DNA of 62,988 nt, filler included, from Choristocarpus tenellus KU-1152 (Eukaryota; Protista; Phaeophyceae): the NCBI GenBank assembly GCA_964200185.2. It is 9 parts of 9 records of this genome, joined end to end, with 100 filler letters (N's around TTAATTAATTAA, not from the genome) between each part and the next. Parts side by side here need not be neighbours in the genome. Positions count along the whole stretch, not along the records: positions 20,699 to 25,684 come from CAXNAD020012270.1; positions 25,785 to 31,377 come from CAXNAD020010309.1; positions 31,478 to 38,216 come from CAXNAD020007460.1; 6 more parts are not named here. One strand, given 5' to 3'. Numbering within the stretch: position 1 is the stretch's first letter; every line of letters starts with the position of its first letter. Below are positions 23,804 to 37,204 of this stretch, piece by piece. The notes under the pieces were generated by a model. That model ran no database searches. It had not been told where the DNA came from and saw only the letters and a list, made by a program, of their open reading frames with translations. Made by a program: the position numbers and the translations under genes.

Positions 23804-25279
23804 TTTTAACCTATGAATGCCCTTGTGAGCTGTGTGGTATCTGCACTGTAACCCCTCAGAGCCTTACTTTTCTCCTGACATTTTGTGAGGACACTCATGT
23901 TGCCAGTTCCTTTAGGCTCTCCCTACTGATGTCATAATTATTTCTATCCTTGTCACTCTTGTTTTCTTCTTAATATATATTTCGCTTGCCCTTCAATCTC
24001 TTATCTCTTTCCCTCTGTACACTGGGGTCGTACGATTCAGAACTCTGAAGTACGTGCATGAAATTTCCCATCACAGTTTTTTTCCCATGGGCTGTCGCAA
24101 AATATCAATCGTAAGAATGGTTATGGGTGGATGTTGGACAGTGTTCCGTGTACCCCTTTGTTGCCTGTCAACGAGTGTCATGGTTTATTTTTCTTGTCAG
24201 CAAAACCTACTGCTGGTCACTGTTTGATGCATAATTTATACAATACAAAAAATTTGTGAGGTCTTCCAGCAAGTTTTAGTGGCCCTAACTCCGTGTGTGG
24301 GGCGAAGGAGAACATGAAAAGGGAGTTTACAAAATGATTCATTTTTGTGTTCACATGCAACAGCGGGCTATTTCATATTATTGTGTCCAGAAGACGCCAT
24401 GCAGAGTAATTTGAAGAGAAGATACTTAGGAGGAGAAAGGAACGGCACGGACGCAGATATATCAACGAAATCAAAGGAAGGAGGAAGGAAATGATCAATA
24501 ATGAGATGCTGGAAATAAAGGTGGGAAGAACATCAACAACCAGTGTTGAATGTTGTTGAAATGGCCAACCACATAGGTATTACCTTTAGTACCCTAAACA
24601 GCAGACACTGCCGCCAACAGACAAGCAATGTGGTCAAGGCAAAAACACACACACCAGCAAACACACACGCAAGACGACAGCACGTGTTGGTGTATCACGA
24701 AAACATAATTGAAGCTTGGGTACTACAAGGGTGGAAGAGGGGAGGGAGAACCACTCTAGAGATATCTCCACTGCACCCAAATTACAACTACATCTGTACG
24801 TCATGTGCCTATTCCCGTAACTTATGGGCAACTACAGGCCAGTCCACCTGGAGCACATTATAATTCTCCTATGATACGAAGAATTGATTTGCAACGGAGA
24901 TTTTAATCCTGTGACTGCACCTATTGAAACAATACTATTCAAGGGTGTGGGGGTAGGGGGGGGTAAGAACGCGTTTTTCTACTAAGATACGACACAGACC
25001 ATGAACCTGCTCCCATGGAGCTGGATACTTCTCTGCTCCCTGATTGTCTTCCTGTGACTTCCTTCTCCAAAGGTGTTGACCTCCCAGGTGGTGTTACGGG
25101 CAACGCTGTGCATCAGTCGAGTGATTCCCTTTTCTCTTAGTTCCTTTCGGATCACGCCAAGGATATGGCATGTACTCCTAAGGTAAGGCATCCTACTCAC
25201 ACACGCGTTGTCTATCTCCCACATGCTACTAGCGTCGAGTGTCCTATCCGTACACATCTTGGGCTGGAGGGAGGACAAT

Positions 25280-25640
25280 ACCTCGTCCGGCACAGGCAAA
25301 GACAATAATTATGCAGGTAGGCAGAAGCATGTAGAACATTCCCTGTGTGAGGTAGGGATACTTCTAGGGGAGGATGTCTTAAGTACGCACAAGTATGCCA
25401 TAGCTGCACGATGCCAATCCTGGTGTTGGACTCGTGATAACTGAAGGCGTCATGGTCGGAAGGCAGTCCTGTTCGGGTGAACGGTGTCAGCACCCAATCC
25501 GTGGATGGATAAGCAGCATGTTCCACAATGTAGAATCCTTAGGGAATATTATTACCCTGCTTCTTGAGGTCCTGACAGTGCTCATGCAGTCCCGACGTTT
25601 GTACTCCTGCGGGTGTTCATGGGAACGACCATGAAACAGT
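25280..25640 (-). mobile_element. PIF/Harbinger-type DDE transposase remnant
   Basis: AAYPSTDWVLTPF...HDAFSYHESNTRIGI...LHNYC resembles the Harbinger pattern D.AYP..W.LTP / FN..HS.TR..IE / LHN.C. Confidence 0.7.
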
Positions 25641-25666
25641 ACATGACATTAAAAGCTATATGTGAA

Positions 25667-25877
25667 GACCCCAAGTATCTGGGGNNNNNNNNNNNNNNNN
25701 NNNNNNNNNNNNNNNNNNNNNNNNNNNNTTAATTAATTAANNNNNNNNNNNNNNNNNNNNNNNNNNNNNNNNNNNNNNNNNNNNAAAATACATGAAAAAG
25801 CCCTTCGTCGCCTAAATATTCAAGGCCTCAAATGGACAAACAGGGCAAATACTGTACCCTCTCAGATACTTTCACTC
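25667..25877. mobile_element. MITE ends flanking an assembly spacer (B end 25667-25684; A end 25785-25877)
   Basis: gaccccaagtatctgggg before the gap and ...gtaccctctcagatactttcactc after it. Confidence 0.8.
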
Positions 25878-26884
25878 TTCACCAGTGCAAAATTGCGGAA
25901 GGTGGAGAGTTCGTTCATGAGGAGTTGGATACGATTCGGATCGAGGTTGTCCCCGAGGGCGTGTGTATATGATTACGATGCCTCCTGGTCGGGTCTGGAG
26001 AAGGGCGACTTCTCTCTCGTCGTGGGTGGCGCTCGTTTCGGACTTGAACTTGTCAAGGTCGTGCTTGGACGTGGCGTTTTTCTCTGGTGTGATCACAGTG
26101 TTTGTGACTCGTGTTATCTCAGTGATGGTGGAGGAGTAGGCAAAGGACTTGGCGAAGTAGGAGGCAAAACAACAGGAAGAGGGGTTAGCGTTAGGAGGCA
26201 AGGATGAGGTAGAGGTTGGTGAGAAGGAGTAAGCGAGGCAGGATACGGAGGAGGAGGCAGAGGCTGAGGAAAAGATGGATGGATTAGAGTATGGCTTGTT
26301 AAACTTAGGCGAACTATTTGAGCCTATAAATCAGGAAGACAAGTAGGGCTTGTAACATAGGGTGAACAGGATGCGTATAGGACTATAGTACATGAACCGT
26401 GACATAATTCCCCTTCTTTTGCCGGGTTCTGTCGATCGGTACAACACAGCGAAAGTATGAATCAATCTGCTTAACGAGCAACTTTGCAACATATAAAACC
26501 GGAGAACCCTGTAACAATGTACGGTATCAAACTATATCCAACGTCGGTAAGATCTGTGAGGGTCTAGGTTGTGTGTTTGGTGTAGGGAACGATGTTTGAT
26601 GTTAACGTATGGCGATGTCGTACAATGACGTAATTGCTTGCCTGTGTGTTCGTCACTGGTGTTCAGGGTAACACCCTCAGAGTATTTGACGATGTCTAGG
26701 TATTTTGTACCCTCCTCCACATCCTCCCTCAACACAAGGTCCCTATTCACCTGCGGATTTCATGAGGTTACATTATTTTGCACAATCAGGGCGTTTATTG
26801 TGAGGTGGCTTGATACGAACTATAATACGGTGGACAAATGAGGTGTTGAACCTCACACTCCGTTGAGTACCTTCTCGCTGAGGA

Positions 26885-27477
26885 TGTGTTCTATCGAACG
26901 GGAAAGGTCATCAATTTCCAAAGCGCAGCAAGACGGTTGGGCAGGTGTTTGTCGATTTGAAACAGTAATCCTGAGCAGGAAAACATTACGTCGAATCGTG
27001 AAAGTGAAAGATGAAGATGAAAGGAATTTACGCGCAGACCCGGGTTAGATGTCGGGAGGGCAACCATGCACAGGTTTGTGCTTGACATATGGCAGACAGT
27101 AATGAATGAATTTTGTGTGTTCTGTCGAACGGTAAAGGCCATCAATTCCAAAGCACGGTAAGACGGTTGGGGGTGTGTGTGTCGATTTGAAATAAGAACA
27201 ACCTGAGCAGGAAAACATTACGTCAAACCGCGAAAGTGAAAGATGAAGATGAAAGGAATTTATGCGCTGAGCCGGGTTGGATGTCGGGAGGACAACCATG
27301 TGCAGGTTTGCCCTTGACCTATGGCAGATAGTAACAATGAATGAATTTGATGTTTTCTGTCGAATGGTAAAGGTCATCAAATTTCAAAGCACGGCAAGAC
27401 GGTTGGGGGGTGTGTATGTCGATTTGAAACAAGAATCCTGAGCAGGAAAACATTACGTCAAACTGCAGAAGTGAAAG
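26885..27477. repeat. Tandem array of 231-235-bp units, about 2.5 copies
   Basis: Units start near 26885, 27116 and 27351 and share cctgagcaggaaaacattacgtc and agacggttggg. Confidence 0.9.
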
Positions 27478-27716
27478 CACGAATGCACCAGTTTGGTAAG
27501 TACATGTCGATTTTGGAATGTACTTCTGTCGGTCGGTAGAAGCGATCAAATTCTAAGTATAGGGTTAGCGGGGTTTTTGGACTAAGAAGCGCGGGCGTGA
27601 TGATACCATCATGTATGTTGTATCAAGATTGTATTGCGATGTGATACGAACCTTATCGGAAAGTTTCCAATGGTATCGGATCCCTTACACGTGCGTATCG
27701 AAGGTGTCACCATGTT

Positions 27717-27940
27717 AAGGTAACAAATACAGGGCATCGAATTTGAAAATGTCGGTATTACCACTGCTGACAGCTGGTGTGTACACGGTTGTAAAGGAAA
27801 CAAATACAGGGCATCGATTGGGAAAATGTTGGTGTTACCACCATTGACAGACGGTGTGTACACGGTTGTAAAGGTAATAAATAGAGGGCATAGAATTGGA
27901 AAATGTTCGTATTATCACTGCTGACAGCTGCTTGGTACAA
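27717..27940. repeat. Tandem array of 77-bp units, about 3 copies
   Basis: aagg(t/a)aa(c/t)aaata(c/g)agggcat at 27717, 27794 and 27871. Confidence 0.9.
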
Positions 27941-28859
27941 GCCCTGAATACAAATGAACGCGTAAACATGTGTTGAGCCGTGTGGTTGTGTTCATGACCG
28001 AGAAAACGCAATGAGGGGTAGATACGTTGGAAACTCTTCAACACCACACACGTCGACAATCTTGGCCTAACGTGAGTATTTGCTCCCTGGATTTCAAAGC
28101 GCCATGACATGGAGGCCTCTTAGTATATACGAAACAAAAATTCGCCAGTGCCCGCAGAGCCGTGGACTATACTGCGGAATAGACAGACCAGTGTGTATAG
28201 GGTTTACGCCGATTTTTACGCGAAATTACTTTCACTCGGTATTCTACCTGGAGATTTCGACAAAATATTTACACAGGTGGCAAGATAGCAATGGTGGACG
28301 AAATTTGGTATGGTCGTAGTCCTGAAGACCTTCGTACATAACGCGTTGAGGTCTCAGTTGCTACCGCTTTGCACTGTATTGAAATGCAAGGGAATGTAAT
28401 TCGGACCCTGTCTGTGCCGTGTCTGTTTGTACGGCCTATCTCGTGTGAATTGATGTAGCATGGCGAACAGCAACACCATCTAGACCTAACCCGGATTTGG
28501 GCTATTCATTAAGAAAGCAATGGGATCATTCCTAATGGAAGGGGCATGTTCGTGCTTTCGCAAAAGCCGAATACAAGACATGCTGGAACTTAGTATCGAG
28601 AGGAACGCGTACATAGGAATTGGTGGGATACGTTACACATCAAGAATGGCCGGTAGACGAGGAAGGCTCGACCCTGGATGGGCGCATTCGGTACGGCACA
28701 CTATATGCGACAATTGTGCAAATTACCTTGGGAGGTAATGCTATTTATCAGTAGTGAAGATAAGAAGGTGTGAAGCCTCACACGACCCCTTTCACTGAAC
28801 GTGAAAAGAATGGATGGTTGAAATGAGATGTCATCTACGTACTAAAAAAGAACAGCAAT

Positions 28860-31247
28860 CCTTCCATCTTCACTCCTTTTTATATATAAGCAGGTGTCAA
28901 AGTCACTAGCACTCCACCCCTCAGCTAAACTTGTTCCCTTTAGCTCCTTGTACTGATTGCTTAAGGCCATACATGGCCCTGGCAGCTTTTACGATGGATC
29001 CATTGGGCAGTTGTAGCCATACATCTTCAGGAAGTGGTGTGTTCAGGTAGGCTTGAGTGAAGTCTAGGGAGTTGATGATCCAGTTTCTGTTAGCTGCTGT
29101 AGCCAGAACTGCTCGAATCTCGTCAAATCCCACCACTGGACTAAACGTGCTGAAGTAGTCCACCCCTTCTTGTTGGGAAAAGCCCCGTGCCACCAGCCTG
29201 GCCTTGTATCTTTCAATATCTCCATTTGCAGTCCTTTTTATTTTGAATATAAAACTGGTTTTGACGGGTCTCCTCCCTGGTGGCAGACTCTCTCCCTCAT
29301 GGAAGGTTCCTTTGGTTCGTTGGCCCTCCATTTCTTGTTCCATTGCCTTCTTCCAGTGTTCTGCATCAGACCCTGCGAGGGCTTCTGCGATGGTTGATGG
29401 CTCCTGGTGACCTCTTGAGATGTCACATGCCATGCCCATCAAACAGTATGCATCATCCGTGTGCTTGATCTGAGAAGATTCACTATATTCTCTCCCAGTT
29501 CTTCTGTATCTCCAGAGTGTAAGCCCCTGTAGTCCACCCTGGGTTGTTCAGCTGTCCTACCTAACCTCCGTTGTCCACTAGGTGAACTTGAGTTCTTTCC
29601 AACGCCTGTTGCTTGGGGTATCGGATCGACTGCAATATCGAAATCCCGATCAGAGTCGTCTTCAGTCTCAGAAATTTCTTCATCATCCGTCGAAGTCATG
29701 GTCTCTCTCTCCCCCACGAAGTCCATGATGCGTTCGTCTGGCTCGAACGACATGTGGGCTGAGGTTACCAACTTTGCCTCTTGAGGAAGCCAGATTTTCC
29801 AGCATAATGATGTGCGATCATGTCCCATTATTTTACCTCTCTTGGCGTATGGGTGAAACTTTGCGCTGGCCTTTCTCTGCTGCTTGTCTTGATGAACATA
29901 GCACTCGCTCCCCCAGGCCCGAAGCCTATCGTAGTTGAACAATTTTCCTGTTAGACGCTCGCATGGTGTCTCTCCTCCCAGATATTCATGTGGCATGCCT
30001 CCAGTCTTGAACGCGACGTCCGTGATGACAAAGAACCAATACTCGTCGCCCAGCCCAGCCTTTACCAGTTGACTCCTTGCAGCCCCCATGAGTTGCTTTA
30101 TCGTCCTTTCGGCGATTCCATTGCTCTGTGGTTGTTCTCGGTGGAGATTTCCTCCATCGGGTACCGTTGTTCGCCAGCATCCCTTAGAACTTCACCGATC
30201 TCCCAAGCTCGCCAGCAGCCATCCCCACTGATGCATTTGACTGGTATACCTTCCATGGCCATCCGGTCGATATATGTAGCGGTTGCGTCTGTCACTGCGT
30301 TTTTTATTTTTAGTCCATAAACCCTCTTGTCTCTGCTACTCTCATCGACGAACCCCTGAAAATATTGATGGCCAGTAATGTCTGCCTTAAAAAGTCCCAC
30401 CAAATCTGTGTGGACAACCTCGCCGGGCTGCTTGGGGGTCCTGCCACCCCGTTGATAGCTTAGGGCCTCGGACTTGCATTCCTTGCAGGTCTCACATTGC
30501 AGTTCTGACGCCACAGTAGCATTGGTGATCTCCAACAGTCCACACTTCTCGAGGTTCTTGATAGCTGAGGGGTTGGTGTGACCAAATATGTTATGCCAGT
30601 CCTTCAATGTCAGCCTCTACTTTTGGTTGGCTCGTGCAGCGCTTGCTCTCGATTCTTGTTCCATCTTGATTATGGTTCCGCTTAAATTTAAGAACCCCTC
30701 CAATATTTGTAGGTTTATCTTGGGCGAATTCTTGGAGGCCCTCAGATAACTTTTCGTTGTTCCTGAAGCCATAAATTCTCCTCCCTTCCGTCGTATACTT
30801 CCAGTACTCAATATGCGGCATGGTAGACCTGGGACCCATGGAACATCCTTCAGAACCACTCTTGTTGGTTTGCCGTCCTTGTCCGTCACCATTAGAACCA
30901 TATCCCCGATTTCCTTCGCTTTCAATTTCCCATTGTTTCCGAAGGTGCATGTGCGTTTGTTGCCCCGAGTACTTCTGAGACCTTCACGATCAGGTGTAAG
31001 ATGTACTTTTGCTCCAAAGTCACATAATATCTCGACTTGTCTTCCACTGGAGGAGTTGAACACCACACTTTTGTTAACTTCCTCGTCTGCTGTCACTTAT
31101 AAACTGAAGAAGGAGCGCGCTTGGTTTCCGTCGACTTTGTTGCTGCTCCCACGGGTTGGAGGTGGCGGAAATGTTCCGGGTGCCATCCCAGGCGGACGTG
31201 TTGTTGAACTATCCCACACTGGACCCGCGGCGTTTATAGGGACCTGA
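28860..31247 (-). mobile_element. Ty1/Copia retrotransposon pol pseudogene (protease-integrase-RT order)
   Basis: ILCDFGAKVHLT (protease), WHNIFGH and CETC (integrase Zn finger), VHTDLVG, EPSTIAEAL..WKKAM, RYKARLVARGFSQQEGVDYFSTFSPVV and MYGLKQS. Several frameshifts; the RT is truncated. Confidence 0.95.
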
Positions 31248-33999
31248 TACTTGATCATCAGTTGATATATCATATATGGGACTTAAGATAAGTAAATAAG
31301 TAATTCATAGTAAATTGGTGTGGACGATTACAAACCCCACACTGTAGAATAATAATATGGTAGTTAAGTATCAGGTCNNNNNNNNNNNNNNNNNNNNNNN
31401 NNNNNNNNNNNNNNNNNNNNNTTAATTAATTAANNNNNNNNNNNNNNNNNNNNNNNNNNNNNNNNNNNNNNNNNNNNCCCCCAAAAAAAAAATCCTACAT
31501 GTACCCCACATAAACGCCTCTGTTGACTTGCTGCTTGCCCTGCCTCTCTTCCGCATGTTTCTTTTTTTTGTTTTTACCTGCTTTGATCCTCCCTTCGGCC
31601 TCCCTCTTGTATCACCCTTGACAGATCATCTATCACTGAGGGAGAGGGGGAGCAAAGGCACTCCGTACCAAGCTCTGCCAAAGTCAAAATCGCCCGCAAA
31701 TTTAGCCACAAGGTTTTGCCCCACCTTGTTTGTTATTGGCAGCTGATTTCTATTATCGGGCTAGGGTTATTATACAGGGTCGGGGATGAGGTAGGTGAGT
31801 GAAACGGGGATTCTTAAAGGCCTGATTGTGCTGAGGGACTCCTCCCCATTAGCCGACGAGGGTTCCTTATCCCTCCCCACCACCTCATCTCCACCATTTC
31901 GCACTGAGGGGGGTCTGGGCAATCCACCTGTGCTGCTTCAGGAGGATTCTCAAGCATTTTTTCTCATGCGGGTAGTGTGCCGGAGAGCTCTGCATAGGGA
32001 TGTTCCTCAGTAGAGTGCAGTGCCATCACTGGTGCTTTTTGGTGTTGCCTTTACATGTGCTGGGTTGTACTTTGTGAGCACCACAGGTTCAAATCTTTGG
32101 AGAGATTGGGGCTTGGGTCTAGGGCTAGGGCTAGGGCTCACGGTTTTGCCATCGATTGCACCTCTGCCATGAGAGGATGGAACACACTGTTTTTTGGTGA
32201 CAAGGAACCAACCCAAAACCTGTTGTTGTTGAAGTTTTTTTCATGGTGCGCTTTTTCTTTTTCACTGGGAGGAAGTTTTTCGGAGACCTAGGGTGTGACT
32301 AGCTTGGTGTGATTGATTGCTCTCCTCCAACATTAGTATATACGCTGGAAGGTCGCAAATTTTTTCAAGGTGTCTCTGGGTGAGGTTGTACGAAAATTAT
32401 AGCTTTCGGATATCCCTTGCCACTCCCCAGTAGACGTCTTGCTGGAAGAGGGTGTCCATATATATGCAGATGCATTCTGGAGTCATTGGCAGAGGATATA
32501 GTGCTAATAGTGAGCGGTGAATGCCCAAGGAGAAGTTTTTGGTGCCTTGGAGTGCACTGGAATTTAGAGAGTACATAGTATGAGTTGGGGGAGGTTTATT
32601 GTTCGTTGTTGTGTGTATGTGTTTGCATAATAATGTACGTTTATAGTGTGTAAGGCTATGTGCTTTGTCACTCATGTATTCCCCTCTCCTCTTATTGATA
32701 TCATGATCCGTCAGTTGATGAGTAATACACTTGCAGAAATATTGGAGTTCAGAGAGCTCAGCGCCTCCCTTAGTGTGTGCTGTGAGACCAAGTTCAATAC
32801 GCCTACATCATCAAAGTGCACCATGCATTGCAAGAAGTAGAAGATTTGTGACCATTTGAAATAGTCAACAAGACACACTGTGCTGGTTGTATCACCAGCT
32901 ACCTTTTGGACTAACCCTGCCCACACTAATGCCTATGCCTCATAAACGGGTTCGTATCTCCTTCCTCTGCTACAGACTGTTGGTGGCTGCTCCAGAGCAT
33001 GATAGAGGACTTCAAATTGCTTCGGTGTTTTGGTACCTGAAACACATCAATTGATCACTTGTCAAGGTTCCTCTGTCTGGAAGGGAGTGCAACCCACCTC
33101 CTACTGAAAAACGACATAGTAGACCCACTCTACTGGGCCTTAGCAGGTCGCTCTATGTTTGCAAAGGAATACAGTTAGTGTCATAGTGTTTTTGTCTTAG
33201 TCCCCCTCCTTTGATCTGCCTCCATACTTCAAAGTAGTGCATTCTTCTCCGTGGGGTTGACGGAAAGTTCCTTAGATTATTGCGAAACCTACCCCTCGAC
33301 ATTTGTGGGTGTTGCAAGATAGCATATCCACTGAAATGCTCCAAACAAAGGATTGTCAACCTTGTGCTCCACATTTTTGCTTTCTTGACTGATGCGCTGC
33401 ATGTGGTACATGTATCATCCAGTATTTTTGTTGTTGAAGGGGCAATCTAGGTGCAATTAACTCGCTTTGTCTCAAAAAATGCAGAGATATTTCCTTGACA
33501 TCCCAAACACTATTTCTTAATTGACGTTACTACTATGATGGGTACTTGTAGTGACGTCATACCACACACAAAATAAAAAATGGAGTTCCACCAAGAAAAA
33601 TCAAGTCAACAAAACAAAGGTTCTGTGGTTTCCGAGTCCCCCAATCAAACCTCCTCTGCATAACAAATAATATTCCTGCCAACAACATTGACGGGCTGTC
33701 TCTAGAGTTCATGTGCAAAAAACGATGAGATCGGCTAACGGAATGTTCTCGCTTAGCGTAACGAACCGCTGGCATGCGTTTGCATATATATATCATTAAT
33801 AATACAATGGAATATTAGTATTAACAGTAGTACAACCATACCTGCAACCCCCAATCTCGACAAAATTCATGAAGACTATATGTACAAGATTGTTGTCAGA
33901 AACATATATATGGCGAGTTTGTTTTCTACTCACAGTAGTGTGACGATGCACAAGATACTGTTTGATAAATACCGCAAAGAAAAAAGGTAATCTCGGTAC

Positions 34000-34990
34000 A
34001 CGACTAACATGAGACCACACGCCTCCTGAAAAGGATCCATTTCGACTCCTTCCTAACACAATTAGCTGACCTATCAAGTGAGGTACAACAGGGCAAGGGG
34101 CTCCTCATTAGCCCTAGCACGTCACCGGATCCAGTGTGGACAAGGGGCAAACGCATGGGCTTCAACGCAACCACTGGAGCATGCATACCAGATCCCTCCT
34201 ATAGAATTCAAGCTTACAGCCAGCAGATCCCTAGGTAGGGAAAAGGCCCTATCAAGCAGGTGCCCAGTGGCGGGGTGCAGGAGGCAAAATATCGACACCA
34301 GACATGCCCGTACCTGCCCCAAGGCAGGAGGCCAGGTGCGACAGCACATTCCTATGGTAAAACGCCTAAGCCAACTATGCAAGGGGATGGGCATCCCTTG
34401 CACTATATCTAGGACGGCAGCCCCTTCACGGTAGACAGGAATATCCACATGGATCTAGTTTTCCAGGCAGGGGCACTGGCGGACGCTGGAACAGCTCCCT
34501 ACCTGGACAAAGGCCTTCTGCTAGATGTTAAATTTCCAGAAGTGCAGGCAACCTCCCATCTTGCACACTCATCCACCAGTAACGGTGTAGCTGCTGCTGC
34601 AGCTGAGGCACGAAAGGGCACCCACTACAATGGTTCTTTTGATCCTCGTAGTTACAACCTCAACACCTTCACGATGGAAAGTTTTGGGCACCACGGCAAG
34701 CAAGCGGAATGCTTCCTGGATGAGCTGACTACACACATGGTGGGGGGGAGAGGAACTGGCGGATATAGCAGGAAAGGAGCGGTCAAATCTCGCCTAGACC
34801 AAATAGTCTCAGTATCTACGCAAGTGGCACTATCTAAACGTGTCATGCATTTAAAGCTGGATTCACCAGGGAGATGGGTACGGAGGGGTTGGATTCTTGG
34901 GATGTCTCCCTAGCTCCTCACCCTGGGTGCAGGAATAGGTAGTTTGGAAGCACGGGAAGGCAGTGGTAGAACGTAGTAGTGAAACAACAA
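34000..34990 (+). mobile_element. 3' part of a non-LTR retrotransposon with a CCHC finger and restriction-like endonuclease (CRE/R2-type group)
   Basis: CPVAGC..DTRHARTC, RQH, MDLVF...LLLDVKF...AAAAEARK..Y...ESFG. One frameshift near 34430; the RT domain is absent (5' truncated). Confidence 0.8.
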
Positions 34991-36090
34991 ATAGATAGTG
35001 TTTTCTCACATTTGTGACCTATTTTACTTATTATTTAGGGGTTACACTGAGAAGTGAATAGTTGTCATTGGTTGTCCCCCTGACACATCTCCAAAAAGTC
35101 AAAGAGCATAATAATATATAATATATAACTGGAAGGCTGATCGATACATCTCCAAAATGTGAGGGCACTATAATTTAGTACTTAAGATTTGTAGTTAATA
35201 TTTTATTATTCTGTGCGCGAAAAACAAAATGGGGCAAACCTCGACGTTATCGGTTACAGTAGTGCAACCGCTGGATGACACCAGCTCACACTCAGTAGAC
35301 TTCAAGTTGTTTGGGGTGAACATCAACTCCAACCAACCAATAACACCAACAAGGATGGGTATCATCCCTTGCTTCACAAGAAACATAATGCAGCAGTCTA
35401 TTAACTACTTACTGGGAGTGCAAGTCACTAGCACATAAAATGCAATAATATGCCAAGACAGAACGAACAGGTTCCGTACACAAGAGAGCGACATTTGACA
35501 CCACTGCACCATTCACTGTAACATATTAGTCTATACGCAACTCTTAAGTCAATACGATGCAGCTCACCGTGCAACCTCCCCTACGCACCCTCTCAATCTT
35601 GTCAAGGCACTATTCTATTATTTCTTGTCAGTGCAGGTATAACTTCTATTGTTAAGCACTGCTCATACGAGCATTCTATTGACACCAATTCAAACATCCC
35701 CTGGCTGCTTCAGGTCCTTGGTGCATAGAGGACTCAAAAAAAATTAGGCCACAACTCTTTCCACATTGGGAGCCATTTTCCCTTCCATAACGCACCCTTC
35801 CACCAGCCGCAAACAAAAACACATAGAGTATATTTTCACCGCTCTAAAGAATCACACAAATCTCGCCTTTAATAGCCATCAAGAGGCACCATACGACAAC
35901 CCCCCTTTCACAATCGTCCTCTCCAACAAAACAAAAAGAAGCATCCACAAGTGTCTCCGCCCAGGTTGAAAGAGTTGATTCTGATTGCCATTTGATCATG
36001 GGAGAAGGGGAAGGGCGTGGAGTATGTATGATGCTATCATCATCAGGTCCTTTCACTCAAAAGTTAGAGTGCTGTGAACAAAAAACGTTT

Positions 36091-36356
36091 GAGTCAAAGT
36101 ACCTTCTTAGAGGGTAGAGGCGCATCCGTTTGGGGGCCAAAATCCAATGTTGCGATTTTGATGTAATTTTGACTATTGTGTTTGTTAGGAGGCGTCAATA
36201 TCCTTGTTTCAGACACACCTTTTCATAACATATAAATTTTACCCACCCCAAACAGCTTCGGAGTAGGTAAAATGTCACAAAAAGCCTGTGGGAAGCCAAG
36301 CCCCAAACGGATAAACAGGGCAACACTCGTACCCTAACCCTAAGATACTTTGACTC
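36091..36356. mobile_element. MITE family A, full copy, TSD TTT
   Basis: ttt-GAGTCAAAGTA...GATACTTTGACTC-ttt. Confidence 0.9.
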
Positions 36357-36554
36357 TTTGGTGAGAAAAAATTACTTCAACCAAAAACGTATCGACAAAC
36401 TCCATCGGAATCAAAACGTACACATAGTGAGTGCCAAGCGCCATAGCGCACATACTAGGAAAAAAAAATAATATATTTGAATCTAAACCCTCAATTTTCA
36501 ATGCTGATCAGCTCTTACGTTATTGAACTGCAGCAATTCTATCACCACAGTTCA

Positions 36555-36585
<31 letters not shown>

Positions 36586-37204
36586 TTCTGAAATAAATCA
36601 ACCGTGTTTAAGAAAAACTCGCCTATCGCGTTTGGAAGTATACTTTTTTTTCTAAAAACGTAAAAAATGACTCTAAATAGAGCTCTAGAACTCTTCTCCT
36701 GAGCGCAGTCGCCATCTCCTAATTTAAAGTTTTAAATGCAAGCAGTTATGGCAATGTAACCAAATAACTTTTCAAAAGGTCTCCGGCAGAGAGCTGTGTC
36801 ATTGGTGAACACATCTACCAAAGATCTAGAGACATGACTTTGCCCTAGAGCAAAATAATCTGCTGAAACAAAGCGTTACACTTTCCTTGAAACATCACCA
36901 TTGACACAGCATTGATCCAACCTCGTGTCATCTTTAAAAAAAACTACACCACATCAGAAAAGTGGCAACTGGTGCAACATTTGCCACATACAGGGTAAGC
37001 TAAGGTGGCAGAGAGCTGTACACTCATCAAGACACTTGCCAAGGTCCCCTCCCACATGCATTTCCAGCAGGTACAGAAGTCCTGTGCATAAAGTTTGGGT
37101 GAGGGTTCACAATCCAATAGAAGAGAGGATGAGAGGGGCAGGAAGTAGTAACAGCAGGAAAGTTAAAAAAAAAAGGACACAAAACATCCCCCCTGGACAC
37201 ACTG

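Noticed and set aside
26885-27940. Repeat arrays as a possible CRISPR-like locus
   Set aside because: Whole units are homologous with no unique spacers, there are no cas genes, and the context is eukaryotic.
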